Notes: generated by a model not told the origin, from the letters alone. A DNA stretch of 64,000 bases from Bacillota bacterium (GCA_050951805.1 JBMNJT010000008.1:492998-556997); one strand, 5' to 3'; counted from the first letter of the stretch, positions 1 through 10,977 are shown. Numbers and translations: made by a program.

Positions 1-1
1 G

Positions 2-2575
2 CAGCGGCAATCGCACCCCGTCAATTCTCACGATCTGTCGACCAGGGGCCGAACAGAGAAGTGTGTCAACAGCCTGACCGGCCGGTTGAGGGACGGTTGG
101 GGCCAAGACGGCAGCTATGTTGTCAATGGCTATTCTTCCTGCTGCCTGAAGCTCGGGCTTGAACTCGACAACGTACACTTGGGAAAGGCAGAGTGGCGGA
201 ACTAGCGTTTGAGGAATGGGCGCTTCTACGACCCTCCATCCTATCCAGCTAATCCGCGGAAAATCGATGGGGGTTTCCTGTCCCAGTAAATCTTGGACTG
301 TGGCGCGAAGCCAGTGGCCTGCACCATCCCCATATACCCACACCCGTATGGCTGATGTTTCCGAAGGCAGTGCTACGGGACTAGAAGGCCTGATGTACGC
401 TGCGCGGGTCTGTTCCGGGCTCCTCAGATCATACTCAAGGACGATTACAGCGCCCGAGGGAGTTGCAAGATTGTCAACTTGGTCCACGGTTGGGGCGGGA
501 AAGTCGGGTGTAGGTCCTTCCACGTTTGCAGTAGTCACGACTGACCTAACCGCTGTGGAAGATGCTGCGCCAGTCCATGAGGTGCGGCCCTCGAAATCGT
601 CAACTAGCGCAAGGCGGTTCATTGCCTCTTTGGTCGGCGTAGAGCCACTTGCCGCGCCCATGGGCCAGGGGTCGACGGCGCGGGCAGCCAGACGTATTTG
701 GGCAAAGGGTAAACATCCGTCGCCGATTTCTGGAAGCTGATCCTCTTCGGGAGCTGGCGATCGTTCAGCCCTGACTGTGATCTCGAATCGGCCTGGCGCG
801 CTGCCGAATAGGACAGCGGAGAGCCGATCCTCCGACACGGACCACAGCTCCTCTGGGAGTGGCATGCCGCGTAGATTCTTTGGGGGAATTGCCTCCCAGA
901 TGATCTCGACGTCATCTGGGATATCGGCAGAATCCATGCGTCGTCCTAACGCGTCATACATGGTTACTGTGAAAATCGCTTTGGAATGTGTATCAAAAGA
1001 GACTTCAGGCCCTGCGAGAAATGAGGGCGTCCCTGCAATCGCCGCTTCAATAGAGGGAAACGACCCGAGGCGTGTGCGGACAGGTTTATCAATGGCTTCA
1101 GGTGCTCCGGAGTCTCCTATGCCATTGCCTGTGCGTTCGGCTTCCACCGAAACTGAGATGAAGGCAGGGATCGGTTGTTCGAGTTTCCCCAGATCGATCT
1201 TGTCTGTATCGTCATTTGCGGGTCGTGGTGTTGTGTCCCACACACCAACCGCATATGGTACGCGCCGTTGGACGCCTCCTGAGGGGCGGTTGGCCAGAAT
1301 TACGCAGTCGGTGACCGGGTCTAGGATAGCTGCGGTGGAAGAACCGCCGCCATCGAGGTTCAGGGCCTCATGGGCGCCGAGCGAGATCATTATCTTTGCC
1401 AATTCGTCAAGTGTGACACCCCTCGCGCCGGGCAGGCGGCCGTCGACTACTGCCATTATGAGGGTAGTGCCGTCCTCTGAGAGGCCAACGGCGGTGCGCG
1501 GGGCTGCAAGTAAAGACTGAATCCCTGTGTATTGCCACAGACCGCGAACAATGGCGCCGTCCTGGACGAGCACCGGTTTGCCAGAAAAGGCAGTCCATAA
1601 GCCGGGTGTTGCAGGCGTAAGCGACCCTTCAATGGAAACGCGGTCTCCGGGCGAAAGCGCCTGGGCAATCTGCGCTGAATATCCCCTCAAAACGACATAG
1701 AGGACGCCATCGTACGATGGCGTCGAAGGACAAGCGTCTCCGTCGATGGTCAATCCAGCTTCGCCCGGAGTGCGGAGCCAGCCTCGGGGAGCATCGCTAG
1801 CTCCATTGCCGTCCCCTAGCGAGGAAAGCCGAGGTGTCGGCCACCCGCTCGCGCACGATTCGACGATCCCGTCGCGGATCATCAGATGCCAGACATCGGC
1901 GTTGCCTGGGTGTCTCGCCCACGACCAGTGTTGATCGTAAATTACAGCCAGGTCGGCCGGGACCGATATCTCATTCAGGCCGGCGAGGGTGATCTCGAGC
2001 CCGTTCGGACCTCTTAGGACACCTTCCCATCTCCATTGCCCGAGAAGCCCTGTGCCGTCGTCGCGGATCACAAGTGAGGCGAAGTCAGGATCTTTCCGCG
2101 GAGAGCGTATCATCTTTCCCCCCTGAGCCAGGAAGGAAAGCGGAGCGGAAGTGGCGCCGATGTCGAAAAAGTCACCATTTATCGCAGCAATCAATCCAGC
2201 CGCATCGGCTATGGATGTCACAGCCTTCGGCGAGGTGAGTGAGCCATCTGCCAAGACGGGCCCCACAGCGATACCGGGTGAGGACAGGTTGACGCGTATT
2301 ACTGACATCTGAATCCATCCGGACGAGGTCAATGACGTCCTTCGTTCGAAGGTCACGCCGTTGCCAATGGGCACTACGACAGAATCGGAGAACAGGACAT
2401 CGAATGTGCCTGTCGCGCTCTCTCCGAAAACTGACGACGAGAAAACAACGAGGCTGAGCAGCACGAGTGCAAGAACCGCAACTCGAGCCCTGGCCCGAAA
2501 GAAAATCACAGTTGGCGTTGGAATCCTTGCATGTTTTGTGGATCGAAAACATCTACAGTTTTTCTTATTTCCCAT
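2..2575 (-). CDS. Secreted phosphodiester glycosidase (NAGPA) family protein, 3' end beyond window
   Basis: Not in ORF track because it runs off the left edge. Manual translation gives a signal peptide (RARVAVLALVLLSLVVFSSSVFG), AAINGDFFD, PRTAVG, VVDGR and ALNLDGGGSST motifs. Start ATG 2575 or GTG 2509. Confidence 0.8.
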   Translation of the reverse strand, partial: MGNKKNCRCFRSTKHARIPTPTVIFFRARARVAVLALVLLSLVVFSSSVFGESATGTFDVLFSDSVVVPIGNGVTFERRTSLTSSGWIQMSVIRVNLSSPGIAVGPVLADGSLTSPKAVTSIADAAGLIAAINGDFFDIGATSAPLSFLAQGGKMIRSPRKDPDFASLVIRDDGTGLLGQWRWEGVLRGPNGLEITLAGLNEISVPADLAVIYDQHWSWARHPGNADVWHLMIRDGIVESCASGWPTPRLSSLGDGNGASDAPRGWLRTPGEAGLTIDGDACPSTPSYDGVLYVVLRGYSAQIAQALSPGDRVSIEGSLTPATPGLWTAFSGKPVLVQDGAIVRGLWQYTGIQSLLAAPRTAVGLSEDGTTLIMAVVDGRLPGARGVTLDELAKIMISLGAHEALNLDGGGSSTAAILDPVTDCVILANRPSGGVQRRVPYAVGVWDTTPRPANDDTDKIDLGKLEQPIPAFISVSVEAERTGNGIGDSGAPEAIDKPVRTRLGSFPSIEAAIAGTPSFLAGPEVSFDTHSKAIFTVTMYDALGRRMDSADIPDDVEIIWEAIPPKNLRGMPLPEELWSVSEDRLSAVLFGSAPGRFEITVRAERSPAPEEDQLPEIGDGCLPFAQIRLAARAVDPWPMGAASGSTPTKEAMNRLALVDDFEGRTSWTGAASSTAVRSVVTTANVEGPTPDFPAPTVDQVDNLATPSGAVIVLEYDLRSPEQTRAAYIRPSSPVALPSETSAIRVWVYGDGAGHWLRATVQDLLGQETPIDFPRISWIGWRVVEAPIPQTLVPPLCLSQVYVVEFKPELQAAGRIAIDNIAAVLAPTVPQPAGQAVDTLLCSAPGRQIVRIDGVRLPL

Positions 2576-2729
2576 AAAGTTGTCCATTCCCTTGCCCGGC
2601 AGTTGCACCGGCAGCTGAGCAACTCAAGAACAGTGTTTCAACGCTGCAGAGCTGAGTCATGGACCTCAGACAACGCAGAGATCGAGCGAGAGTTGCGAGA
2701 TAAGCCAACCGCGCTGGACGGGCTGTATT

Positions 2730-3494
2730 TCAGTCAGAGAACTTCGCGGGTCTGCGTTCTAGGAATGCAGACATTCCCTCCTTCGGATGGTCAGTTGCGA
2801 AACATTGTCCGAACCGCTGGGCTTCCCGGGCGAGTGCCTCATCATCAGGGAACAACAGGCGTTTCGCATATCCTATGGCCACATGGCTTTTGGTGGCCAT
2901 TTCCCGGGCTAACTCTTCCGCCCTTGGAAGAAGGGATTCCAGAGTCATCACTTCAGACACGAGGCCCATTTCGTACGCCTCCCGGGCGGAAACGTGTCTA
3001 CCTGTGAGTATCATGTAGGCGGCGCGGGAACGTCCGATGGCCAGGGGAAGGCGTACAGTGCCGCCAAATCCAGGTATGATCCCGAGGCCCACCTCGGGCT
3101 GGCCGAAGCGGGCATTTTCCGAGGCCAACCGGATATCACACGCGAGCGCGAGCTCGCAGCCTCCTCCGAGGGCATACCCGTTCACTGCGGCTATGGTTGG
3201 AATCGGCAACCGTTCGATAGCGCTGAATACCCTCTGGCCATGCCGGGAGAAGGCGACGGCCTCGTCAGGAGTAAGGCTTGCCATCTCTTGGATATCTGCA
3301 CCAGCTACAAACGCTTTGCTGCCTTCTCCGGTGACGATCAGGGCACGGCACGCACGATTCTCTCCAACCTCTTCGATTGCCGAAGCAAGTTCAGCCAGAA
3401 CTGTATTGTTTAGGGCGTTGAGCGCCGTTGGGCGGGATATGGTGATCGTTGCCACACAATCGTCGAACTGAAGTTTGACACAGTCTTTGCTCAA
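2730..3494 (-). CDS. crt: Enoyl-CoA hydratase (crotonase)
   Basis: AFVAGADI, AVNGYALGGGCELALACD, GQPEVGLGIIPGFGGT motifs; follows hbd. Confidence 0.9.
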   Translation of the reverse strand: MSKDCVKLQFDDCVATITISRPTALNALNNTVLAELASAIEEVGENRACRALIVTGEGSKAFVAGADIQEMASLTPDEAVAFSRHGQRVFSAIERLPIPTIAAVNGYALGGGCELALACDIRLASENARFGQPEVGLGIIPGFGGTVRLPLAIGRSRAAYMILTGRHVSAREAYEMGLVSEVMTLESLLPRAEELAREMATKSHVAIGYAKRLLFPDDEALAREAQRFGQCFATDHPKEGMSAFLERRPAKFSD

Positions 3495-3523
3495 GGTTTG
3501 CCACCTCCTAGCGAAGATTTGAA

Positions 3524-4375
3524 TCAGGAGTATTCATAGAATCCTCGGCCTGATTTGCGTCCAAGTCTGCCAGCGGCCACCATCCTCCGCAGGAGCGGGC
3601 AGGGCCTGTACTTGGGATCCCCGGTCTCTTGGAACATGACTTCGAGTATGGACAGAACCGTATCGAGACCGATCAGATCCCCGAGGGCCAGCGGGCCCAT
3701 GGGATGATTGAGCCCCAGCTTTGCGCAGGCGTCTATGCCCTCGGCATCTGATATGCCCTCCGAAAGTGCGAATATGGCTTCATTTATCATCGGAATGGCC
3801 ATCCTGTTGACTATGAAGGCAGGCGAATCCGCGACAACAACAGGTTCTTTGCCCATTCTCCTGGCGAGGTCGACGATGATTTCACATGTTTCATCTGAGG
3901 TCGCGAGGCCGCGTACAACCTCCACGAGCTGCATCACAGGGACGGGATTCATGAAGTGCATTCCGATGAAACGATCGGGGCGCCCCGAATCACGGGCCAG
4001 GGACGTTATGGATACTGAGGACGTGTTGGAGGCGAATATTGCTTCTGGAGGGCATATCGACGCCAGTTCCGCGAAGAGCTTGGATTTGACCTTTGGATCT
4101 TCAACGATTGCTTCGATCACCAGGTCTACATCGCCGCCTGCTGAGTAGTCCGGTACGCAATTGATCCTCGATACTGTGTCCTCTTTGTCTTCCTCAGTCA
4201 GGCGTCCTTTTTCGACCTGTCGGTTGAGGCTTTTGAGTATGCGGTCTACGCCTTTGCGAGCATAGTCTACTGATAGATCGGCTAGGGACACCTCGAGGCC
4301 GGCCTCGGCTGCGACCTGCGCGATCCCGGAGCCCATTTGACCTGCGCCCACCACGAGAATTCTGTCGATGGACAA
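3524..4375 (-). CDS. hbd: 3-hydroxybutyryl-CoA dehydrogenase
   Basis: GAGQMGSGIAQ, SNTSS, GMHFMNPVPVM, HPMGPL, GRKSGRGFY. Confidence 0.93.
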   Translation of the reverse strand: MSIDRILVVGAGQMGSGIAQVAAEAGLEVSLADLSVDYARKGVDRILKSLNRQVEKGRLTEEDKEDTVSRINCVPDYSAGGDVDLVIEAIVEDPKVKSKLFAELASICPPEAIFASNTSSVSITSLARDSGRPDRFIGMHFMNPVPVMQLVEVVRGLATSDETCEIIVDLARRMGKEPVVVADSPAFIVNRMAIPMINEAIFALSEGISDAEGIDACAKLGLNHPMGPLALGDLIGLDTVLSILEVMFQETGDPKYRPCPLLRRMVAAGRLGRKSGRGFYEYS

Positions 4376-4545
4376 GAAACAATCACCCTTTCATCCGCGA
4401 CACTCTGTTGCAAGCCAATTGCAGAGGTCGGAGATAGTTGATCCACACTAACGATTATTACTTCTATAGCCCCTCTTTTGACTCCTTCTCTGCTCCTCTG
4501 GCAGGAGAAGAGGAAAGGTTGATGAAATAGTCAATCACCCGAGGA

Positions 4546-6156
4546 ATGCTGGGAGGGAGCTTCTTGAAGAGGTACTTGTTCACGGGAGGCAAAGTATACA
4601 CTGCATCTGCACGTCAACCATTTTGTCCGGCTCTGGCTTGTGTAGGAAAGCGGATAATCGCTGTTGGTTCTGAATCGAATGTGCTGTCGATGACAGATGA
4701 CACTTTCGAGAGGATTGACCTTCGAGGCAAGGTCCTGATTCCTGCTTTCATTGATTCTCATATACATTTCAAGTTCTACTCGATGTGCCAGACCTCAGCA
4801 AATCTTGAGGGGGCACGCGATCCCCATGATGCCGCTCTTCGCATCAGCAAGGCCATGGAAGGCATTAGGCCCGGTGCGTGGGTGCTAGGATGGGGATGGA
4901 ACAAGAATGAGTGGACGCAAGGGAGACTGCCGGACCGCTCATATCTCGACTCCATTTGCCCTAGAAACCCAGTGGCCCTTTTCAGTAAGGATCTACATGC
5001 TCTCTGGGTGAATACCATGGCATTGCGTCTTGCAGGCATAGGTCTTGACACTCCTAATCCTGAGGGCGGCGAGATAGTCAGGGATGAAGATTCGAGGCAA
5101 GCTACGGGGGTTCTCAAGGAATCAGCTGTGGAGCTCGTGACTAGAGTAATTCCAGAGCCAACATTCGATGCAGTTGTCTTGGCTATGCAAAAAGGACAGT
5201 CGGAACTTCATAAGCTGGGAATTGCAGGGATCTGCAACATGGAGGATGCTCTGGCATTCGAGGCTTTGCAGGCGATGAGGAGTTCGGGGCGATTGAAGCT
5301 CCGCGTTACGCAGGCTATCCCCAAGCAAAACTTGGACGATGCGATCGACTTGGGGCTTGGAACTGGTTTTGGGGATGAGTGGCTGAGGGTGGGGCCGGTG
5401 AAACTCTTTGCTGACGGAGCATTGGGTTCTCAAACTGCACACCTCCTCAGGCCTTACGAAGGCAACAGGGAGAATGTAGGCATTGCTGTGACTCCAAAGG
5501 AAGAACTGGCTGAGCTGGTCGGTCGTGCTGTTCTTGCAGGCTTGTCCTGTGCAGTCCATGCCATCGGCGACCGCGCTAACAGGGATGTGCTCGATATTTT
5601 CGAGAGCGTGAAAGAGGAGAGCGCTGCGCGCCATCTGCACCATAGAATAGAGCATGCACAGCTTCTGCATCCCGAAGACGTTCGCAGGTTTGCCAATCTC
5701 GGGGTAGCAGCCTCGATGCAGCCGGTTCATATACTCACTGACATTCCCGTAGCCGAGAAGTATTGGGGCAGGAGGAGTAGGTGGGCTTATGCCTTCCGCA
5801 GCCTGACAAAGGCCGGAACGCCACTTGCCTTCGGCTCCGACGCGCCGGTTGAGACTCCTGACCCCATCCGCGGCATATACGCCGCCGTCGCCAGAAGAGG
5901 GCTGGACGGGACGCCAGATTCAGGATGGTATCCTGAGGAGAGGCTAACAGTGGAAGAAGCCATTAGGGCCTACTCTGTTGGCTCGGCGATGGCTTCGGGC
6001 GAGCGAATGGGAGCTGGGGTTCTGGTTCCGGGATCATATGCCGACATTGCTATATTGTCAAAAGACATATTCTCAATTCCTTCGTCCGATATCCTCGATG
6101 TGCGCGTGGTCGGCACCATGGTGGGAGGGGAATTTGTTTACAGAGACTCCATCTAG
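4546..6156 (+). CDS. Amidohydrolase family 3 (YtcJ-like) protein
   Basis: PAFIDSHIH, KLFADGALGS, HAIGDRA, HRIEHAQ, FGSDAPV. Confidence 0.88.
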   Translation: MLGGSFLKRYLFTGGKVYTASARQPFCPALACVGKRIIAVGSESNVLSMTDDTFERIDLRGKVLIPAFIDSHIHFKFYSMCQTSANLEGARDPHDAALRISKAMEGIRPGAWVLGWGWNKNEWTQGRLPDRSYLDSICPRNPVALFSKDLHALWVNTMALRLAGIGLDTPNPEGGEIVRDEDSRQATGVLKESAVELVTRVIPEPTFDAVVLAMQKGQSELHKLGIAGICNMEDALAFEALQAMRSSGRLKLRVTQAIPKQNLDDAIDLGLGTGFGDEWLRVGPVKLFADGALGSQTAHLLRPYEGNRENVGIAVTPKEELAELVGRAVLAGLSCAVHAIGDRANRDVLDIFESVKEESAARHLHHRIEHAQLLHPEDVRRFANLGVAASMQPVHILTDIPVAEKYWGRRSRWAYAFRSLTKAGTPLAFGSDAPVETPDPIRGIYAAVARRGLDGTPDSGWYPEERLTVEEAIRAYSVGSAMASGERMGAGVLVPGSYADIAILSKDIFSIPSSDILDVRVVGTMVGGEFVYRDSI

Positions 6157-6321
6157 GCAAGCATCTGGGCGCTGCCATACGAGGCATTGGCGTGGCTGAG
6201 CGGATAGCGAGGAATGGGCATGGCCCGGAGGCGAAATGGAGAGTGTGTCAACATTGGGACCGGTCTGGATGTACGTTGTTTGGGCCAGGCCGCAACTATG
6301 ACCGTTCAAGGGGAGATTGGT

Positions 6322-7032
6322 TTGAAGAAAAGGGTTTTGCTGGCTTTGATATGCTTGACTTCAGTGTGCGTGCTATGCGTTGGGCCATCGGAAGCTCAAA
6401 CAGTACGGCCGATGGAACCAATTCCAGTCAGTTTGGCTCCTGGAGAATATGAAGTAGTCAAGACAGAATACAGGATCCACGCGGGTATGTACGTGTCGTT
6501 CCGACGGGTGATCGGAAAGGCTGTTACTGATTCGAAGTGGCAGGTGACTGTCCAATCGTCCGAATACCCCAAGTGGGTGGAGATAGGATGGGTATGGCCT
6601 AGATCGGACGGCACCGCGCCTACCCCAACTGTGAGGAAGTTGACAGGGCTTGAACGTGGCCGCACATTCGGACCATTGTACGGAGGCAATGATCCCGAGG
6701 AAACGGATTGGACTGCGCCGTGGCTATCACGGGAAGTCTTGCGTGAACTTCGCACGGGAAGAGTTGCCTACAACTTCAAAATGGGGACTTTTAGCCTGAC
6801 CGGAGTTTTGGCGGATGATCTCCGTGTTGAGGAAGAGGTGTTGTATCCCATCGATCTCAACGGCAGACGGGTCTATCTTCCGGCGTATAAATGCGCCAAG
6901 GGGCAGATCGTGGTCTGGAATAACATCGAGAATCCCCTGGTATTGGAGTACAAGCCCTTCGGGATTCCTCTGATAACCGGAGTGTTTGGCTGGAAGGCAG
7001 AGGCCATCTCTGTCCGGGGTGGGCAGCTGTAG
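6322..7032 (+). CDS. Hypothetical secreted protein
   Basis: GGGGAG RBS before TTG 6322; N-terminus KKRVLLALICLTSVCVLCVGPSEA looks like a signal peptide. Confidence 0.65.
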   Translation: MKKRVLLALICLTSVCVLCVGPSEAQTVRPMEPIPVSLAPGEYEVVKTEYRIHAGMYVSFRRVIGKAVTDSKWQVTVQSSEYPKWVEIGWVWPRSDGTAPTPTVRKLTGLERGRTFGPLYGGNDPEETDWTAPWLSREVLRELRTGRVAYNFKMGTFSLTGVLADDLRVEEEVLYPIDLNGRRVYLPAYKCAKGQIVVWNNIENPLVLEYKPFGIPLITGVFGWKAEAISVRGGQL

Positions 7033-7190
7033 CAAGTAGCCAATTCGGGAGCACATGGATTTGGCCAACTGCTAATCAATTGCTAGACAGACGTGTTCTG
7101 GGCGAGAGCTTTTCCGGCCCCTGTTGGTGTCAGGTTGCCTCTGCATACAGCATCTGGGCTTTTCAAGGAACGTTTGAAGGCGCGAGGTAT

Positions 7191-8443
7191 GTGGAGATAA
7201 TCGCAGATTCACGGATTAGGTAAGACATTTGCTGCGAAGCAGAAAGAGCCGGGAATTGCGGGAAGTGTGAAGGCCGTTTTATCCCCGCGTTTCAAGGACG
7301 TTGAAGCGGTTAGGAACGTGTCGTTCTCAATCGATGAGGGAGAGGCAATTGCATTTATAGGGGCCAATGGCGCAGGAAAGTCAACAAAGGTGTTGCTTCA
7401 TCCCACAACTGGAGAGGCGGTCGTTCTGGGGATAGTCCCGTGGCGCGATAGGCAACAGATTTAAAGAAGGATCGGCACAGTCTTTAGACAGAGGTATCAG
7501 CTTTAGTATCATCTCCTGCCCCGCGATAGCTTTGATCTTCTGCTGGTATCCACGATATGTCGCAAGGCGTTTTTCGTGCGCGTATGGGGATGCTTGCGGA
7601 CATATTCGAGCTGGGCGAAGTGATGTCGACTCCGCTTCTTTCTGGATGAACTCACCATAGGCTTGGATGTGGTGGCCGAAAGTGATCCGCGTTATGAACC
7701 GCGAGGAAGGCGTGACTGTATTCCTCACTTCCCACGATGTCGGCGACATGGAGAGACTGTGTTGCTCGGGGTACACGGTTGTGACCGAAGAGATCATGCT
7801 GGCAAGATCCAGGATGGTGAAGGCCCGTTCCATTGCGTACTTGACAGGCAGGCCTTGCCACTACGTCTTGCTCAAGCTCTCACCCTTTGCCTACGTGCGC
7901 GCCAGTGCGGCTTTTCTAAGAGGTACGACGCCTTATTACTCCTACGAGTTGGTGGAGCCCAGGTCGGGTGGGTCGGCGTTATGGCTGTGCTCACTTTCAT
8001 CCTTTACGGCTTGGGGGTGAAGCGGAACAATGTCAATAGAGGCTAGGACTGCTCCGCGAAAGGCGAGGGGGAGTGGTTGGGACGGCTAGTCTCATGAGGC
8101 GGCAAGTCTTGCAGCGGCGGCTGTTTACGCCAGCTTTGCAACTTTCGCTGGCAGCCTCGCTTTTTTTTATATGAAATGCCCAGACTGTCAGCGTCCAGAT
8201 GCCCCAGGCAATGATCACCTTCTCCGGATACCCTGGGTCACTGTTTGAAGTCGCTGTCCGGACATTGTGATAACCAGTAGGCTTTTTGCATACGTCCCCG
8301 TTGAGCTTCTCGGCAATTTGAGTTGGCCGCTTCTTGCGGGACTGATTGCCTTTGCAGCGGGCAGCGCTGTAGCAGCAAAGGTATTGTTTCAAACAGGACT
8401 GCGCCGCTACGAGTCAGGCAATCTGATGTCGATTAGGTCATGA
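7191..8443 (+). pseudogene. Decayed ABC exporter operon (ATP-binding subunit plus ABC-2-type permease remnants)
   Basis: Fragments in shifting frames: AVRNVSFSIDEGEAIAFIGANGAGKST, LLFLDELTIGLDVV, TVFLTSHDVGDME, and a permease-type C-terminus GLRRYESGN. Several stops and deletions. Confidence 0.75.
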
Positions 8444-8576
8444 CTTCCGTTGGGGGTACTGTTGCCTCGTTCGCCTGTGCGCAAGTCGGCCGCGCCTTTT
8501 GAATGGACGTCATGACCTGCCAGTATCATTTTGCTCGGGCTATGGCTACCTACCGACTTGGTTGAATCACAGGGCC

Positions 8577-9803
8577 TTATCCCAAGGCGTCTTTCGCCAG
8601 GCCTGCAACCAAGGCGAGGGCTTCGGGAATTCCGTCAGGGTTTTTCCCGCCGCCCTGAGCATAAGCAGGTGAGCCGCCACCTTTGCCATCTATGGCAGGG
8701 AGTGCTTGTTGGAGAAGCTCCGACATGTCGAGGGGGATGTCGTTTGACCTGGCGAAGACCAAATTGGCTGACTCCCCATTGACACAGCCCAAGAAGGCGG
8801 CGACTTTCGGCTTGCAGGAGATCTTCTGCGCTACCGCCCGGACGGATTCAATGTCCTGTCTCTGGCTCATGAGCGCGATCACTCTCACGCCAGATGGGTT
8901 CAGAGGCACGGCGGCGGAGTATATCTCTTCCGCTTCATAGTCGCGGAGCCTATCTAGGGCCTCTTCTAGACCTCGTCGCCCTTGGCGGATCTGGTTTTGG
9001 AGGCGGAGCATCGCCTCTGGCAGTTCTTTTCCGTGAATTGAAAGCTGAGATGCGGCGAGGTGCACCACATCATTTTTCCAACGGTAGTCGGCCAGGGCTC
9101 TCCGGCCGCAGACGAACTCGACACGGGTAACGCTTCGAATGCGTTCGATGCCGATTATCTTTATCAGACCGACCTCGCCGGTGGCCCGGACGTGCGTGCC
9201 GCAACACGCATTGATATCAAAACCGTCGATCTCGACGAGTCGAATGTTCTCGGCGTTATTGGGAAGTTTGCGGAGGTATGATTCATCTACATCGCAGGGC
9301 TTTCGGAACGTGGTCGTGACTGGCCTGTTTTGGAACACCACCTCGCATGCGAGCATTTCAGCTGCAGCCGCCTGATCATTGCTGATTTCGCATATGGGAA
9401 GGTCTATAGTTGCGGTCTCGTCGCCGAGGTGAAATCCGACGGTATCGAGGCCAAACAGGTTGGCGAATGCTGCCGAGAGAATGTGCTGGCCTGTATGTTG
9501 CTGCATGTGATCGAACCTGCGCTCGATGTCCACTCGCCCGTCTGCGAGGCCGAGTGGTACTGATCCAACTGTGAGGTGAATTATCTCTCCGTCCCGCTCT
9601 ACTACATCGACTACGTCGGCGCCGGCCAGGATCCCGCGGTCTGAAGGTTGTCCGCCGGAGTTGGGGTAGAATGCGGTGACGTCGGTGACTGCCTCATACA
9701 GAGGGGTGGGGGAGGAATTGCGAGTTGAGGGCTCGCAGCGGAGGATATTGCATTGGAAATCGCTAAGATAAGGATCATCATAGTATAACCTTGTTGTAGG
9801 CAC
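8577..9803 (-). CDS. alaX: Alanyl-tRNA editing protein AlaX (long form, with DHHA1 domain)
   Basis: FYPNSGGQPSD, MQQHTGQHILS, CCGTHV, C-terminal GKGGGSPAYAQGGG; GTG start with GAGGAGG RBS. Confidence 0.87.
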   Translation of the reverse strand: MPTTRLYYDDPYLSDFQCNILRCEPSTRNSSPTPLYEAVTDVTAFYPNSGGQPSDRGILAGADVVDVVERDGEIIHLTVGSVPLGLADGRVDIERRFDHMQQHTGQHILSAAFANLFGLDTVGFHLGDETATIDLPICEISNDQAAAAEMLACEVVFQNRPVTTTFRKPCDVDESYLRKLPNNAENIRLVEIDGFDINACCGTHVRATGEVGLIKIIGIERIRSVTRVEFVCGRRALADYRWKNDVVHLAASQLSIHGKELPEAMLRLQNQIRQGRRGLEEALDRLRDYEAEEIYSAAVPLNPSGVRVIALMSQRQDIESVRAVAQKISCKPKVAAFLGCVNGESANLVFARSNDIPLDMSELLQQALPAIDGKGGGSPAYAQGGGKNPDGIPEALALVAGLAKDALG

Positions 9804-9896
9804 CTGAAGAATTCGCCTCCTCAAGCTCTGATGAGCTCCGGTTGCAGATGATTACTTCTACTGCCGAGCTCGATTCCCTTTTATCTGGTCGAAGGA

Positions 9897-10583
9897 GTGG
9901 TGATGATGGCACGTGAGTATCTTGCCCTTCGGGATGAGGGCCGAGCGGAGCTAATCGTAAAAAAAAGCAGGTTCATCGCTACGGCACGTCCTGTGGACAG
10001 CGAGGACGCGGCCCGAGACTTTATAGATTCGATCCGTAAGGAGTTTTGGGATGCTACTCACAATGTATACGCCTTTACTGTCGGAGAGAACGACGAGGTG
10101 GTTCGGTCGAGCGATGATGGCGAGCCTGCCGGAACGGCCGGGAGGCCCGTGTTGGAGGTCATCCGGCGAGAGAAGATAAAGTACTGCGCAGTCGTTGTAA
10201 CCCGCTATTTCGGCGGCACGCTTCTCGGGGCGGGCGGGCTTGTGAGGGCTTATTCGTCCGCCGCTAGGGATGGGTTGCATGCAGCCGGCATCGTAAGGGT
10301 CAGGCTTTTACAGAAGGTTCGGTTCGTCATAGACTACGTGGCTTTGGGCAGAGTCCAGAATTACTTGGCGGAAGCCGGGTATGAGATGGATGATGTGGAA
10401 TATGCGGATCGGGTTGCGATGACGGTTATGGTTCCGTCGTCGGAACTGGATCTGTTTGAAGCTAGGATGATGGACTTGCTTGCGGGCGACTTCAACCCTG
10501 AGGTGGGGGAGGAGGTCGTAGGGTTTGCTGATGTGAAGGAGGGAGAGGGTTTGGGCGGGGAGGACGGGACGGGAGAAGAGTAG
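9897..10583 (+). CDS. yigZ: YigZ/IMPACT family protein
   Basis: KKSRFIA, ATHNVYA, SDDGEPAGTAG, VTRYFGGTLLGAGGLVRAY. Confidence 0.92.
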   Translation: MVMMAREYLALRDEGRAELIVKKSRFIATARPVDSEDAARDFIDSIRKEFWDATHNVYAFTVGENDEVVRSSDDGEPAGTAGRPVLEVIRREKIKYCAVVVTRYFGGTLLGAGGLVRAYSSAARDGLHAAGIVRVRLLQKVRFVIDYVALGRVQNYLAEAGYEMDDVEYADRVAMTVMVPSSELDLFEARMMDLLAGDFNPEVGEEVVGFADVKEGEGLGGEDGTGEE

Positions 10584-10906
10584 TGGAGTAATGTGGATCG
10601 GGATGAGGGTGAGGATGGGGACGGAAGCGCCGTTTTGGCCACGCCGCAGGCCTACCGGGAAAAGCTGCAAGACATGTGGCTGAGCAGCTGTGCATGGGGT
10701 TGGACGCAGCTGCATGCTCGTTTCTCTTCACGTTCTTAGTGCGGAATGCCCAATATGGGTTATTCGATCATCCTCAAATCCTCGCCCTTAGCATTGGGCT
10801 GTGGCCTCAGGCGGCGGAAGTAGCTCAGGGCTTTCCATTACGCTGCTTCGTTTTCATGCAGCATGCGTCGAATGTCGTGATAAGCTCTTGCGCGATCCTC
10901 GAGTCC

Positions 10907-10966
10907 GTATTACCTGCAGTTCAGACTTTGGCCGCCTAATCTATAAGACGCTTCTCGCAAGTTACT
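10907..10966. repeat. Short degenerate intergenic repeat, copy 1
   Basis: TTCTCGCAAGTTACT (10952-10966) is the exact reverse complement of 48217-48231; flanking partial similarity. Confidence 0.4.
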
Positions 10967-10977
10967 CAGCTTGCCTA

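Noticed and set aside
216-2618. + strand ORFs of 174, 247 and 85 aa, and similar antisense ORFs throughout the window
   Set aside because: Shadows of real genes on the opposite strand in GC-rich DNA; Ser/Thr-rich with no motifs or RBS.
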